This document shows positions 48,270-58,229 of a DNA stretch of 64,000 nucleotides, piece after piece. The notes under the pieces are model-generated. The model did not search any database and was not told the origin of the DNA. It worked only from the letters and a program-made list of their open reading frames with translations. Origin of the DNA: an uncultured Gemmatimonadales bacterium (GTDB lineage Bacteria > Gemmatimonadota > Gemmatimonadetes > Gemmatimonadales > Gemmatimonadaceae); NCBI GenBank assembly GCA_963701965.1, contig OY969695.1, positions 3,616,001-3,680,000 of the forward strand, in the 5' to 3' direction. Position 1 is the first letter of the stretch. Every line of letters starts with the position of its first letter. The translations under genes and the position numbers were made by a program.

Positions 48270-48857
48270 ATGTCGTTACCAGCACTCTCCGATGCCTCGC
48301 GCATAGCTGATGCCCTGAGTCGTGTCGGCCTCCTGCTGGAGGCCGAGGGCGAGGCGATCGGGATCGTCGTGATCGGCGGGGCCGCGCTCAATCTGCTCGG
48401 GATCGTTTCGCGCCCGACTGTGGACGTCAATGTCGTGGCGTTTGGCGATCCGGATCATCTGACGGAGCCACCTGAGCCGTTGCCCGCCGCGCTGACGCGC
48501 GCCGTGCGTGATGTCGCGGTCCGCTTCTCGATGCCCACTGATTGGCTCAATGCGATGGCTGCGCTTCAGTGGAAGCAAGGCTTTCCTCCCGGCTTCGCGG
48601 CGCGTATCGTGTGGCGCCAGTACGCCGGCCTCGCGGTCGGCCTGGCCAGCAGAGAAGACCTGATATTCTTCAAACTGTACGCGGCGGCGGACCATGCATC
48701 CACCACCAGCAATCACTTCAAGGATCTGCTGGCACTCGAGCCGACCCGCCGAGAACTCAATGTCGCGGCCGACTGGGTTCGCACGCAGGACCCGTCGCCC
48801 GGATTCGCGGATCTCCTGAACGCCGCCTTGCGCCATGCCCGCTCGCGAATCGGCTAG
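48270..48857 (+). CDS. DUF6036/AbiEii-like nucleotidyltransferase-fold protein
   Basis: 'IVVIGGAAL', 'RPTVDVNV', 'WLN', 'EDLIFFKLYAA', 'HFKDLLAL'. Confidence 0.8.
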   Translation: MSLPALSDASRIADALSRVGLLLEAEGEAIGIVVIGGAALNLLGIVSRPTVDVNVVAFGDPDHLTEPPEPLPAALTRAVRDVAVRFSMPTDWLNAMAALQWKQGFPPGFAARIVWRQYAGLAVGLASREDLIFFKLYAAADHASTTSNHFKDLLALEPTRRELNVAADWVRTQDPSPGFADLLNAALRHARSRIG

Positions 48858-49788
48858 CGCTCTGGTCGAGTTGGAGGCTGCGGCTGCCGCCTTGCGCGAG
48901 GCGACCCTCAACGCTCTGTGGCGACAGTGGGCGACGCTCGGGGCATCGGCGGCCGCCGATCGTCCAGCCCGTGCGGCGATAGACCCGGAAGCGCTGATTC
49001 TCGCGTCGCTGAATTTCGTCGACGAGGAGCCGCGCCTCTCCGACATGATCGCCCACTGGGGTATCCTCAACAGCGCCCTGCTGAGCGTGCAGCGAATCAA
49101 GAATCTCGCCGACCGCTTTCCGCGCGAGGCGAGCGCCCGCCTGCCCGCAGTTGCTCGACTCCTGTCCGATGACGGCAAAGACGCGCGCTGGAGTTCGCTT
49201 TTGGAAACGAATACGCCGGCGCTCGAGTACCGCCGTGGACGCGTTCGCAGTGTCGAGACGCCCCTCCGTCGTCTCCCGGCCCTTCTCCTCCGCCTGCGCG
49301 TATTGTTCGGCGTGGGTGCTCGTGCCGACGCGATCGCTTTCCTGCTGTGCGATAAGCGACCGGGGGAGTATGTCGATCCGGATGATGTCGCTGCCGCCAC
49401 GGCGTACAATCGGGCCGCGATGCGTCGGGTATTGGTGGCACTCGGTGGTGCGGGGTGGCTCAACGTCTCGGCTGGCACGCATTCGGGCTATTCGACCAAA
49501 CGCCTACCGATCGCCACTCTTCCCGGCGTGGCGGAGCCGGACATCCCCCGCTGGTGCTACTGCGCCGAGGTCTTTTCGTTCGTGCCGGACCTCCTATCGT
49601 TGGCCGGCGCGTTGGTCGGGCGGCACGCTCAAGAGTTTGTGAGGCAAGTGCAGCTGGAAGATCTGCTGAAGAAACATTGCCGGGCGTTCGTGGAGAATGG
49701 GCTGCTCCGCCCGCACGAGCAGGGAGTTGTCGAGCGCGCGCCGGAGCTCGTTCATGCGCTCACGCAATTGATCCGTGAGTCTATCTAG
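48835..49788 (+). CDS. Uncharacterised protein with central winged-helix; putative partner/antitoxin
   Basis: 317 aa overlapping the NTase stop; 'LWRQWATLG...IDPEALIL...EPRL'; HTH-like 'LFGVGARADAIAFL...DDVAAATAYNRAAMRRVLVAL..AGWL'. Confidence 0.7.
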   Translation: MPARESASALVELEAAAAALREATLNALWRQWATLGASAAADRPARAAIDPEALILASLNFVDEEPRLSDMIAHWGILNSALLSVQRIKNLADRFPREASARLPAVARLLSDDGKDARWSSLLETNTPALEYRRGRVRSVETPLRRLPALLLRLRVLFGVGARADAIAFLLCDKRPGEYVDPDDVAAATAYNRAAMRRVLVALGGAGWLNVSAGTHSGYSTKRLPIATLPGVAEPDIPRWCYCAEVFSFVPDLLSLAGALVGRHAQEFVRQVQLEDLLKKHCRAFVENGLLRPHEQGVVERAPELVHALTQLIRESI

Positions 49789-49855
49789 AAGCTTCCCACA
49801 AGCCGGCGAGAGCGGTCGCCAATGAGAACGACCGCGCGCCGTCGTCGTGATGGCC

Positions 49856-50500
49856 TTAGGGCGAGAGGCGTTCCCGGCGCCACGCCTCGCCGGCACGCGC
49901 ATAGCGAATGCGATCGTGCAGGCGGCTGGCGCGGCCCTGCCAGAATTCGATGGCGACCGGTGCCAGGCGATAGCCACCCCAGTGGGGCGGGAGGGGGACT
50001 AACCCATCACCATACTGCGCCGTCAGCTCTTGGTAGCGCCTTTCCAATATCTCGCGTCCAACGATGGGCTGCGACTGGTGCGACGTCCAGGCGCCGATGC
50101 GGCTCCCGACCGGGCGCGACTGGAAATAGGCATCGGACTCGGCGCGCGTGAGATGGGTGACGGTGCCCTCGACCCGCACCTGCCGCTCCAACTCGGCCCA
50201 ATACAGCACCAGTGCGGCGCGCGGGTTGGCCTCGAGCTCGCGGCCCTTGCGGCTCCGATAGTCCGTGAAGAACACGAACCCGCGCCCATCAACGCCCTTG
50301 AGCAAGACGATGCGCGCCGACGGCGTGCCGTCCGGTGTCGCCGTCGCCAACGTCATCGCATTCGGTTCCGCCGCCAATCGCGCGCCGCGCGCCTCGGCGA
50401 ACCAGCGCTCGAACTGCCGAATCGGATCGGGATCGACATCGTCCTCGTTCAACGCCGCTTGCCCGTACTCCCGGCGGGGATCGGCCGGATAGTCAGACAA
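49856..50500 (-). CDS. pdxH: Pyridoxamine 5'-phosphate oxidase
   Basis: 'EPNAMTLAT', 'SARIVLLKG', 'YFQSRP', '[13 protein letters not shown]', 'RLSP'. Confidence 0.96.
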   Translation of the reverse strand: MSDYPADPRREYGQAALNEDDVDPDPIRQFERWFAEARGARLAAEPNAMTLATATPDGTPSARIVLLKGVDGRGFVFFTDYRSRKGRELEANPRAALVLYWAELERQVRVEGTVTHLTRAESDAYFQSRPVGSRIGAWTSHQSQPIVGREILERRYQELTAQYGDGLVPLPPHWGGYRLAPVAIEFWQGRASRLHDRIRYARAGEAWRRERLSP

Positions 50501-51536
50501 CGGGCATCGGCAGCGGCGCCCGCGGATACGCCACGGCCTCCGGAATCCCGGACAGCGGCTCGCCGTCCGGCGTCTCCAATACGAACCCCGCGTCCTGGAT
50601 CATCGCGTAGTCGGCGCTCGCGGGCTGCCCGCGCGATGTGAGATAGTCCCCCACGAAGATCGAGTTCGCCGGATACAGGCCCAGCGGCTGCAGGGACCGG
50701 AGGTGCGCCTCGCGCCCGCCCGCGATCCGGATCTCCTGCGAGGGCAGCAGCAACCGGTACAACGACAGCACGCGGAGACACCGCCGGGGATCCAGGAGTC
50801 GCCGGTCATCGAACGGCGTACCGGGCAAGGGCAGCAGAAAGTTCACGGGCACGCTGCGGACATCCAACTGGCGCAGGCTGAGCGCGAGATCAATGACATC
50901 ATCGTCCGATTCGCCCATGCCAATGATGCCGCCGGAGCACGTCTTGATCCCGGCCGCTTTGACGTGCTCGACTGTCGCGACGCGGTCATCGAACGTGTGC
51001 GTCGTGCAGACTTCGCCGTGGTACGCGGCCGACGTGTTCAGGTTGTGATTGACCGTCTCGACCCCGGCCTCTTTGAGTCGCACGGCCTGGTCGGCGTTCA
51101 ACAGTCCGAGGCACGCGCACACCTTGAGGTCGTAGGCCGAGCGAATCTCGCGCACCGCATCCAGCACTTTGCCGAAGACCCGTTCCCCGGGCGAACGCCC
51201 CGAGATCACGAGACAGAACGTCCCCGCCTTGAGCGCCGCTGCCCGACCCGCCGCCGCCAGAATCTTGTCGCGGGCCAGCATCGGGTACTTCTCGATCTCC
51301 GCCGTCGACACGCTGGATTGCGTGCAGTAGTGGCAATCCTCCGGGCACAACCCGCTCTGGGCGTTGAGCAGGAAGTGCAGCCGCACGCGGTTGCCCCAGT
51401 ACTGGCGGCGCACGCGATAGGCCGCGGCGAGGACGTCGAGCAGATCCTCGTCGGGGGACGCGAGCACGGCGCGCGCGTCCGCGCGGCTGAGACACGACCC
51501 GGCGAGCGCCTGGTCGGCCAAATGCTGATAGCTCAT
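50493..51536 (-). CDS. bioB: Biotin synthase
   Basis: Radical SAM 'CPEDCHYC', 'NHNLNTS', '[10 protein letters not shown]', 'RIAGGRE', '[11 protein letters not shown]'. Confidence 0.96.
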   Translation of the reverse strand: MSYQHLADQALAGSCLSRADARAVLASPDEDLLDVLAAAYRVRRQYWGNRVRLHFLLNAQSGLCPEDCHYCTQSSVSTAEIEKYPMLARDKILAAAGRAAALKAGTFCLVISGRSPGERVFGKVLDAVREIRSAYDLKVCACLGLLNADQAVRLKEAGVETVNHNLNTSAAYHGEVCTTHTFDDRVATVEHVKAAGIKTCSGGIIGMGESDDDVIDLALSLRQLDVRSVPVNFLLPLPGTPFDDRRLLDPRRCLRVLSLYRLLLPSQEIRIAGGREAHLRSLQPLGLYPANSIFVGDYLTSRGQPASADYAMIQDAGFVLETPDGEPLSGIPEAVAYPRAPLPMPVV

Positions 51537-52225
51537 CGTTGCACGAGAGAAGGGACTATGGCGTCGATCAGTGCGCCGAGCGCCCAGGCGCCGGCCCGGT
51601 GATCGCTGCCTGGCGTCACGTAGGGAAAGGGCAACACCATCGCGCTCGGTACCAAGCGACGGATCGTATCGAGGTTCGTATGCTCGGCCGTGGTCGGGGT
51701 GTCCGGCGAGAGCGTATTGACAATGATCGCCCGGAGCGTGAGCCCCGCGTGCTGCGCCGCGCGCACTGTCAGCAGCGTGTGGTTCACCGCACCCAACCGG
51801 TTGCCGGCGACGACGATCAACTCCATGCGCCAGCGCCGGAACAGAGTGTCATAGGCGACGCCATCGGCGATCGGCACCAGCAGCCCGCCCGCGCCTTCCA
51901 CGACCAGCGCGTCGCGTCCCGCCTCCAGTCGCGCCCGCGCCGCCTCCATCGCCGGTAGATCGATGGCCCGGCCGGCCAGCCGCGCCGCGACCCACGGCGC
52001 CAACGGCGCGGCGAACTGTTCCGGGCAGACATCCGACATCGCATCGGTTCCCCCGGCCGCCTCCCACAACTGCCGGCCGTCCAGCGGGTCGCCTTCGACG
52101 CCCGTCTCCACGGGCTTCATGGCGGCGACCGAGAGTCCCCGATCACGGAGCGCCGTCACCAGGGCGCGCGCGACGACCGTCTTGCCGACGTTGGTGTCCG
52201 TGCCGGTGACGCCGAGGCGTATCAC
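51533..52225 (-). CDS. bioD: Dethiobiotin synthase
   Basis: '[11 protein letters not shown]', 'KPVETG', '[10 protein letters not shown]', 'LGAVNH'; GTG 52225. Confidence 0.95.
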   Translation of the reverse strand: MIRLGVTGTDTNVGKTVVARALVTALRDRGLSVAAMKPVETGVEGDPLDGRQLWEAAGGTDAMSDVCPEQFAAPLAPWVAARLAGRAIDLPAMEAARARLEAGRDALVVEGAGGLLVPIADGVAYDTLFRRWRMELIVVAGNRLGAVNHTLLTVRAAQHAGLTLRAIIVNTLSPDTPTTAEHTNLDTIRRLVPSAMVLPFPYVTPGSDHRAGAWALGALIDAIVPSLVQR

Positions 52226-53481
52226 GAGATGCAGTCCAAGAAGGCGGTGATCACGGCGTAAATCTGTTCGAGCTGCCCCTCGGTCGTGCAGTAGGGGGGG
52301 AGCACATAAACCACGTTGCCGAGTGGGCGCAGCAGCACGCCGCGCTCGAGCGCAAAGGCGGCCAGGTCCCCGCCCACCGGTGCCAGATACCCGGTACGCG
52401 CACCCGGCGCGGCGAGATCGAATGCCGCAACCGTGCCAGTAATCCGGGGCGCGACCACGCGCGGGTGCGACGCGATCCGCGCCAGAAAGGCGCCATGCGC
52501 GCGCTCGATCGCGGTACGACGCGCGGCCAATGCCTCGTCCAGCAACGCCAAGCTGGCCTGCCCGGCGGCACAGGCCAGGGGATTGGCGGTGAAGCTGTGC
52601 CCGTGGAACAGCGTGAAGCGGCGATCGGTACTCAGGAAAGCCTCGAATATCGCCTCGCGCGCCACCGTCGCCCCGAGGGGCATGAACCCGCCGCTCAGGC
52701 CTTTGGAGAGACAGACGATATCCGGTACGATCCCCGCCCGCTCGCAGGCGAACAACGGGCCGGTCCGCCCGAACCCCGTCAGCACCTCGTCGGCGATCAG
52801 GAGGACCCCGTGGGCGGCGGTCATCTCGCGCATGGTGCGCAGTGTCGCTTCGCTCCACATCCGCATGCCGGTAGCGCCCTGCAACAGCGGCTCGACGATG
52901 AGGGCGGCGAGGGGCGTGCGCAGCGCCAGCTCCAGCGCCTCGATCACCTGCTCATCCGGATAGGGCAGCCGGACCACGTCGAACAGTTGGGAATCGTACG
53001 GTTCCGTAAACAGGCCGCGGGCGCTGGCGCTCATCGCCCCGAAGGTGTCGCCGTGATAGGCGCCCTCCAACGCGGCGATGCGCGTGCGCGGCTCGCCGCG
53101 ATTGCGCCAGTACTGCAACGCCATTTTGATGGCGACTTCGACCGCGGTCGAGCCGTTGTCGGAGTAGAACACCCGCGACAGGCCCGGAGGCAGGCGGGCG
53201 ACCAGCGCCGCGGCGAGATCCGCCGCCGGCGCATGGGTGAAACCCGCGAAGATCACCTGTTCCAGCGTGCGCGCCTGCTCGGCGATCGCCGCCGCGATCG
53301 CGGGCTGCGCGTGCCCGTGCAGCGTGACCCACCAGGACGAGATGCCGTCGATGATCTCGCGGCCGTGGGCGTCGAAGAGGAGCGCGCCTTCGGCGCGCTG
53401 GATCTCGATCGGGGCCGCCGCCGTGGCATGTTGCGTATACGGATGCCAGACGTGCCGGAGGTCGCGCTCGCGGACGGTCAT
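52222..53481 (-). CDS. bioA: Adenosylmethionine-8-amino-7-oxononanoate transaminase
   Basis: 'WHPYTQ', 'SSWWV', 'GSTAVEVAIKMA', 'ADEVLTGFGRTG', 'SKGL'. Confidence 0.95.
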   Translation of the reverse strand: MTVRERDLRHVWHPYTQHATAAAPIEIQRAEGALLFDAHGREIIDGISSWWVTLHGHAQPAIAAAIAEQARTLEQVIFAGFTHAPAADLAAALVARLPPGLSRVFYSDNGSTAVEVAIKMALQYWRNRGEPRTRIAALEGAYHGDTFGAMSASARGLFTEPYDSQLFDVVRLPYPDEQVIEALELALRTPLAALIVEPLLQGATGMRMWSEATLRTMREMTAAHGVLLIADEVLTGFGRTGPLFACERAGIVPDIVCLSKGLSGGFMPLGATVAREAIFEAFLSTDRRFTLFHGHSFTANPLACAAGQASLALLDEALAARRTAIERAHGAFLARIASHPRVVAPRITGTVAAFDLAAPGARTGYLAPVGGDLAAFALERGVLLRPLGNVVYVLPPYCTTEGQLEQIYAVITAFLDCIS

Positions 53482-54659
53482 GTCGGGGACGGCAACACGC
53501 CGTCCAGCGCATCGAGCAAGCGGTCAATGTCCCCGTCGGTATGCGCCGCGCTCACGGTAATGCGCAGGCGCGCCGAGCCCATCGGCACCGTCGGCGGCCT
53601 GACGGCGCCGACCAGGATCCCGCGCTGGCGCAGCGCGACGCCGATCCGCGCCGTCGCGTCGCTTTCCCCGATGATGAGCGGGACGATGTGGCCATCGTCG
53701 GGACCCGTCGCGGGGCGACCGCGCGCGCGTAACGCTTCGCGTACGCGCCTCGCGTTGCGCCGAAGGCGTACGCGGCGATCGTCCCCGGTAGCGACCAAGC
53801 GCAGGGCGGTCGACGCGGCGACGGCCAGCACGGACGGCTGGGCCGTCGTGAAGACAAACGAGCGGGCCCGGTGCATCAAGTAGTCGATGAGCACGCGGGA
53901 GCCGGTGACGAACGCCCCGGCCACGCCGAACGCCTTGCCCAGCGTGCCCATGACGACGTCGATCTGGCCTTCCATCTTCCAGTGTTCGACCGAGCCCCGC
54001 CCGGTCGGGCCGATGACGCCCGATCCGTGGGCGTCGTCCACCAGGGTCCAGGCGTCATAGGCCCGCGCGATCGTCACCAGATCGCACAGCGGAAAGAGAT
54101 CGCCGTCCATCGAGAACACCCCGTCGACGACGACGAGCCGGCGCCGAAACGTGCCGCGGTCGGCCTCGAGCAGATCCGCCAGTTGCGCGAGATCGCTGTG
54201 GCCGAAGGTGCGCACGGTGGCGCGGGAGAGGGCGCAGCCATCGATGAGCGACGCGTGGTTCAGGGCATCGGCATAGATGACGTCCCGCCGTCCCACCAGG
54301 GCCGGAATGGTGCCGGCGTTGGCGAGATACCCGCTGCCGAAGAGCAGCGCGGCCTCGGCGCGCTTGAACTCCGCCAGCTCGCGCTCCAGCGCCTCGTGCC
54401 GCGGATGATTGCCGGAGATGAGGCGCGCCGCGCCGGCGCCGATGGCGTCGTCGCGCAGCGCCTGGGCCACCGCCTCGGCGATCCGGGGATCGGACGCCAA
54501 ACCCAGGTAGTCGTTCGACGAGAAATCGATCGCCTCCCGCCCGTCGAGCACGACATGCGCCCCGCGGCGCCCCTGTACCGACCGGAGCACGCGCCTCAAG
54601 CCGGCGCGATCGAGCGTGTCCAGTTCTGCCGCCAAGGCGGCATCGATGCCCGGCGCCAT
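53478..54659 (-). CDS. bioF: 8-amino-7-oxononanoate synthase
   Basis: 'FSSNDYLGL', 'NHASLIDG', 'DDAHG', 'TLGKA'; start 54659 (GAGG upstream) or up to 54701. Confidence 0.95.
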   Translation of the reverse strand: MAPGIDAALAAELDTLDRAGLRRVLRSVQGRRGAHVVLDGREAIDFSSNDYLGLASDPRIAEAVAQALRDDAIGAGAARLISGNHPRHEALERELAEFKRAEAALLFGSGYLANAGTIPALVGRRDVIYADALNHASLIDGCALSRATVRTFGHSDLAQLADLLEADRGTFRRRLVVVDGVFSMDGDLFPLCDLVTIARAYDAWTLVDDAHGSGVIGPTGRGSVEHWKMEGQIDVVMGTLGKAFGVAGAFVTGSRVLIDYLMHRARSFVFTTAQPSVLAVAASTALRLVATGDDRRVRLRRNARRVREALRARGRPATGPDDGHIVPLIIGESDATARIGVALRQRGILVGAVRPPTVPMGSARLRITVSAAHTDGDIDRLLDALDGVLPSPT

Positions 54660-54681
54660 GGTCGCCTCATTGGCGGTCGCC

Positions 54682-56088
54682 TCACTGGACACGATGGCCA
54701 TCCTCCACGGCGCGCCGCAGCGCGTCCAACTCGTACGGCCGGTCGAGCGCGATGTCCGCCGCCGTCGCCTGGCCGTTGGGCAACACGAACCGCGCGCCCT
54801 GGCACGTCGGCAGAGTGCGGAGCCCGCGGACCTGGTCGGCCGCATCGCTCACCACCACATCGATCCGCGTCGTGACCGCGTCGGGCAGCGCGATGATCCG
54901 ATGCCCGCGTCCCGCGAGGAACCTCCGGACCATCTGGGCGACCGACGGCTCGCCGTCGATGACGAGCACGTGCAGCGCCCCGGCGCCCGGCGCTGTCTCG
55001 CCGCTCGCGGGCAGGAGCTCCCCGGCCAACAGCTTGAGGATGAACCGTGTCCCGACGCCCACCTGTGTCTCGACGTCAATGGTGCCGCCATACGTCGTGA
55101 CAATGCCGTGCACGACGGAGAGCCCGAGTCCGGAGCCGTGGCTGTCCGCGCGCGTGGTCCAGAAAGGATCCCAGATGCGCGGGCGATGGTCGGCACGGAT
55201 GCCGGGGCCATTGTCCCAGACTTCGACGACGACGATGCCGGGCTCGCTTCTCGTGCGAATCCCCATGGCGTGGGTCTTCCCGTCGTCCCGCCGCCAGGTC
55301 TCCAGCGCTTGGCGCGCGTTCACCACCAGGTTGAGCACCACCAGCTCCAGCTGCGATGACTGGCCCAAGACCGGCGGTAGCCCGGGCGCCAGATCCAACT
55401 CGCACGCGATGCCCAGCACCGCCAGCTGGCGGCCGAGGGGATCGAGCACGCTGCGGACCACGGTGTTGACGTCGATCGGCACGGCGCGCTCGGTGTCCGG
55501 CTTCCGGGCGAACGCCAGCAGATCCTTGACGATGCGTGCCGCGCGCACGGACTCGTTATGGATCGTCGTCAGCGCTTGGCGGTCATCGCTGGCCAACCCC
55601 TTGGCCTTGAGTACCAGTTGCGAGAATCCGCCGATGGCCGCCAGCGGGTTGTTGAGCTCGTGGGCCACGCCCGCCAGCATCTTGCTCAAGCTGGCCATCC
55701 GCTCATTGCGCCGTTTGACCTCATCCTGCCGCAGACGCTCGGTCAGGTCCTCGACCATCCCGTCGAGCCACTGGATCGCGCCGTTGGCATCGCGGACCGC
55801 ATCGATCGTGAGTCGGACGGTGATGGGCGCGCCGCTCTTCCGGCGCCAGATCAACTCGACCCATCCGTCGAACCGGTTCTTGATGATGTCGTCCATGAGC
55901 GCGACGCGGTGCTCGGCTTCGCGATAGATGTCCTGCGCCAGGTCGGCCGCCAGGAGCGCGTCGGCCGAGTCGTAGCCCAGCATGTCGACCAGGACTCCGT
56001 TGACCTCGAGGAAGCGGCCATCGAGGGTCGAGCGGAACACTCCAAATCCGGTCCGGTCGATGAGTCTCCGGTGCCGGTCGTCAGGCAC
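54682..56088 (-). CDS. Cytoplasmic PAS-domain histidine kinase with degenerate C-terminal receiver
   Basis: PAS, H-box 'AHELNNPL', N-box 'NLVVNA', 'DNGPGI', 'GSGLGL'; shortened REC-like tail. Confidence 0.9.
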   Translation of the reverse strand: MPDDRHRRLIDRTGFGVFRSTLDGRFLEVNGVLVDMLGYDSADALLAADLAQDIYREAEHRVALMDDIIKNRFDGWVELIWRRKSGAPITVRLTIDAVRDANGAIQWLDGMVEDLTERLRQDEVKRRNERMASLSKMLAGVAHELNNPLAAIGGFSQLVLKAKGLASDDRQALTTIHNESVRAARIVKDLLAFARKPDTERAVPIDVNTVVRSVLDPLGRQLAVLGIACELDLAPGLPPVLGQSSQLELVVLNLVVNARQALETWRRDDGKTHAMGIRTRSEPGIVVVEVWDNGPGIRADHRPRIWDPFWTTRADSHGSGLGLSVVHGIVTTYGGTIDVETQVGVGTRFILKLLAGELLPASGETAPGAGALHVLVIDGEPSVAQMVRRFLAGRGHRIIALPDAVTTRIDVVVSDAADQVRGLRTLPTCQGARFVLPNGQATAADIALDRPYELDALRRAVEDGHRVQ

Positions 56089-57175
56089 CGGCGGCCGCGG
56101 GCTCGAATGCGCGGTAGCGAAACGTCGGCACGGGTGCGCCCGCGAGCGCGTCGTCGATGACCTGATGATGCGGACTCAGCGTGCAGACCGGATCGGCATT
56201 GCGGGCGTCGCCCGTCAGCTGGAAGGCCTGGCAGCGGCATCCGCCGTAGTCGATGGTCTTGCGCGCGCAGCTCTTGCACGGCTCGCGCATCCACGCGTCG
56301 CCCCGGAACGCGCGAAACGCGTCCGACTCGTTCCAGATCCAATTCAGCCCATGATCGCGGACGTTCGCGAACGTCAGGGACTCGATCTGCCACGCGGCCT
56401 GGCACGGCAGCACGCGTCCGTCCGGCGCTACCACGATGTACACGCTGCCCCAACCTCCCATGCACGGCTTGGGATATTGCTGGTAATAGTCGGGCAGCAC
56501 GTAGATGATCTGCATCCGCCCGCGATAGCGCGCCACGGCCGCCGCGACGACCGGCTCGGCCGCCGCCAGTTGTTCGCGCGTGGGCATGAGCGCGGCCCGG
56601 TTCTCGAACGCCCACCCGTAGTACTGCGTGTTGGCCAGCTCCAGCCGGTCGGCGCCGAGTGAGGCCGCCAACGCGATGATCTCGCCAATGTGATCGAGGT
56701 TGGCGCGGTGCAGCACGACGTTGACCGTGAACGCGAACCCCAACTCGCGGACCACCGCCGCCGCCGCCCGCTTCTTGTCCACCGACTTGATACCGGCGAT
56801 CCGCTCGGCGACGCCCGGATCCGAGTCTTGAAATGAGATCTGCACGTGCTCGAGGCCCGCGTCCTTGAGGCGTTGCGCCCGCGCCGGCGTCAGGCCGAGG
56901 CCGGACGTCACCAGCGTCTGATACAGGCCCGCATCGTGCGCATGGCCGACGATCTCTTCCAGATCCTTGCGCAACATCGGCTCGCCGCCGGAGAGGCCCA
57001 GCTGCAGGACGCCCAGCGCGCGCGCCTCACTGAACACGCGCTTCCAATCGGCGGTCGTCAGTTCGGCCGCGGCCCGCGCCAGATCGACGGGATTGGAGCA
57101 ATAGGGGCAGTGCAGCGGACAGCGATAGGTGAGCTCCGCCAGCAGTGTCGTAGGGGCTTTCGCTTCATGTGGCAT
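56081..57175 (-). CDS. pqqE: PqqA peptide cyclase PqqE (radical SAM/SPASM)
   Basis: 'LLAELTYRCPLHCPYCSNP', 'ANTQYYGWA', 'PKPCMGGWG', 'GGCRCQA'. Confidence 0.96.
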   Translation of the reverse strand: MPHEAKAPTTLLAELTYRCPLHCPYCSNPVDLARAAAELTTADWKRVFSEARALGVLQLGLSGGEPMLRKDLEEIVGHAHDAGLYQTLVTSGLGLTPARAQRLKDAGLEHVQISFQDSDPGVAERIAGIKSVDKKRAAAAVVRELGFAFTVNVVLHRANLDHIGEIIALAASLGADRLELANTQYYGWAFENRAALMPTREQLAAAEPVVAAAVARYRGRMQIIYVLPDYYQQYPKPCMGGWGSVYIVVAPDGRVLPCQAAWQIESLTFANVRDHGLNWIWNESDAFRAFRGDAWMREPCKSCARKTIDYGGCRCQAFQLTGDARNADPVCTLSPHHQVIDDALAGAPVPTFRYRAFEPAAAGA

Positions 57176-57443
57176 CGGACACCAACTCCCGCTCGACCAA
57201 CGCCGAGAGATACTCGGTGACATCCGCGGTCACGTCGGCGCCGTACTTGGCGGCCAACTGCGCGGCGATCTCGCCGAGCGTCCGCTGGCCGTCGCACAGC
57301 GACAGGATCTCCGCGCCCGTCGGATTGAGCAACATCGCGCCTTCGGGATACAGCAAGACCGGCTTGTTGCGGACCGGATCGAACCCGACCCGCGCCAACC
57401 GCCACAAGGCGGGTTTCGACGACGGACCGAGTGTGGCGTTCAC
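57165..57443 (-). CDS. pqqD: PQQ peptide chaperone PqqD
   Basis: 'VLLYPEGAMLLNPTGAEILSLCDG'; GTGA overlap with pqqC. Confidence 0.93.
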   Translation of the reverse strand: MNATLGPSSKPALWRLARVGFDPVRNKPVLLYPEGAMLLNPTGAEILSLCDGQRTLGEIAAQLAAKYGADVTADVTEYLSALVERELVSDAT

Positions 57444-58198
57444 GCGTACGCGTGGTGAATGGTATCGATCATGACCCACAGCATCTCGATCTTGAACGCG
57501 AGCGCCGCGAAGGCGCGGTACTGCGACTCGACCGTCGTGCAGCGCGTCGTCACGATCGCCAACCCCTGTGCGCTGTCGCGCGGGGCCTGGATGAGGCGGC
57601 CGCGGAAGTACGCGAGTCCCGCGCTGTCGACCCAAGGGTAGTGCTTGGGAAAAGCGGCCAGTCGTTCGTGCATGAGGCTGGGTGCGAACAGCTCGGTCAG
57701 GGAGCTGGCGACCGCTTCCACCCAATGGTGGGTCTTGCAGAACGTGACGTACGACTCGGCGGCCATCCGGACGCCGGGCAGCACGTGGCGCTCGTCTTCC
57801 ATCTCCATGCGGGGAACGCCGAGGGCGACGCCGAGCGTGATCCAAAGCTCAATGCCCCCGGTGCCGGCCTCCGTCCCGTCGTGATCGATGATCCGCTGCA
57901 ACCACTCGCGGCGGACCGCCGGATCCGGGCAATTCGAGAGGATCGCTCCGTCTTTGCGCGGTACGGCTCGTTGGTAGGCCAGGCGATTCGCTACCCAACC
58001 CTGGAGCTGCCTTTTCGACAGCGTCCCGTCGTTCATCATGCGGTGGAACGGGTGGATCGCGTAGTACGAGCTGTGGAATGCCCGCAGGGCATCGGCCAGC
58101 TCGGCCGGTGACAGCGGGCGATCCAGCAGCGGGATCGGCGGTCGTGGCGGGGCCGCGAGTATGGACTGCGCCAGCGAGGGCGGGGCCAGTGTCGCCAT
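57440..58198 (-). CDS. pqqC: Pyrroloquinoline-quinone synthase PqqC
   Basis: 'HPFH', 'WVANR..YQ..VPRKD', 'RIIDHDG', 'SLTELFAP', 'HYPW'. Confidence 0.95.
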   Translation of the reverse strand: MATLAPPSLAQSILAAPPRPPIPLLDRPLSPAELADALRAFHSSYYAIHPFHRMMNDGTLSKRQLQGWVANRLAYQRAVPRKDGAILSNCPDPAVRREWLQRIIDHDGTEAGTGGIELWITLGVALGVPRMEMEDERHVLPGVRMAAESYVTFCKTHHWVEAVASSLTELFAPSLMHERLAAFPKHYPWVDSAGLAYFRGRLIQAPRDSAQGLAIVTTRCTTVESQYRAFAALAFKIEMLWVMIDTIHHAYA

Positions 58199-58229
58199 GC
58201 GATGAAATATACCCCTTTCGCCGCGCTCG

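Noticed and set aside
48276..49478. 400-aa ORF antisense to the NTase module
   Set aside because: Low-complexity Arg/Ser/Ala composition with no motifs; the plus-strand genes explain the region
49800..49870. Possible pdxH 3'-end duplication marking the right end of the NTase module
   Set aside because: Only an 8-nt match (GGCGAGAG), on the same side of the module, which is expected by chance
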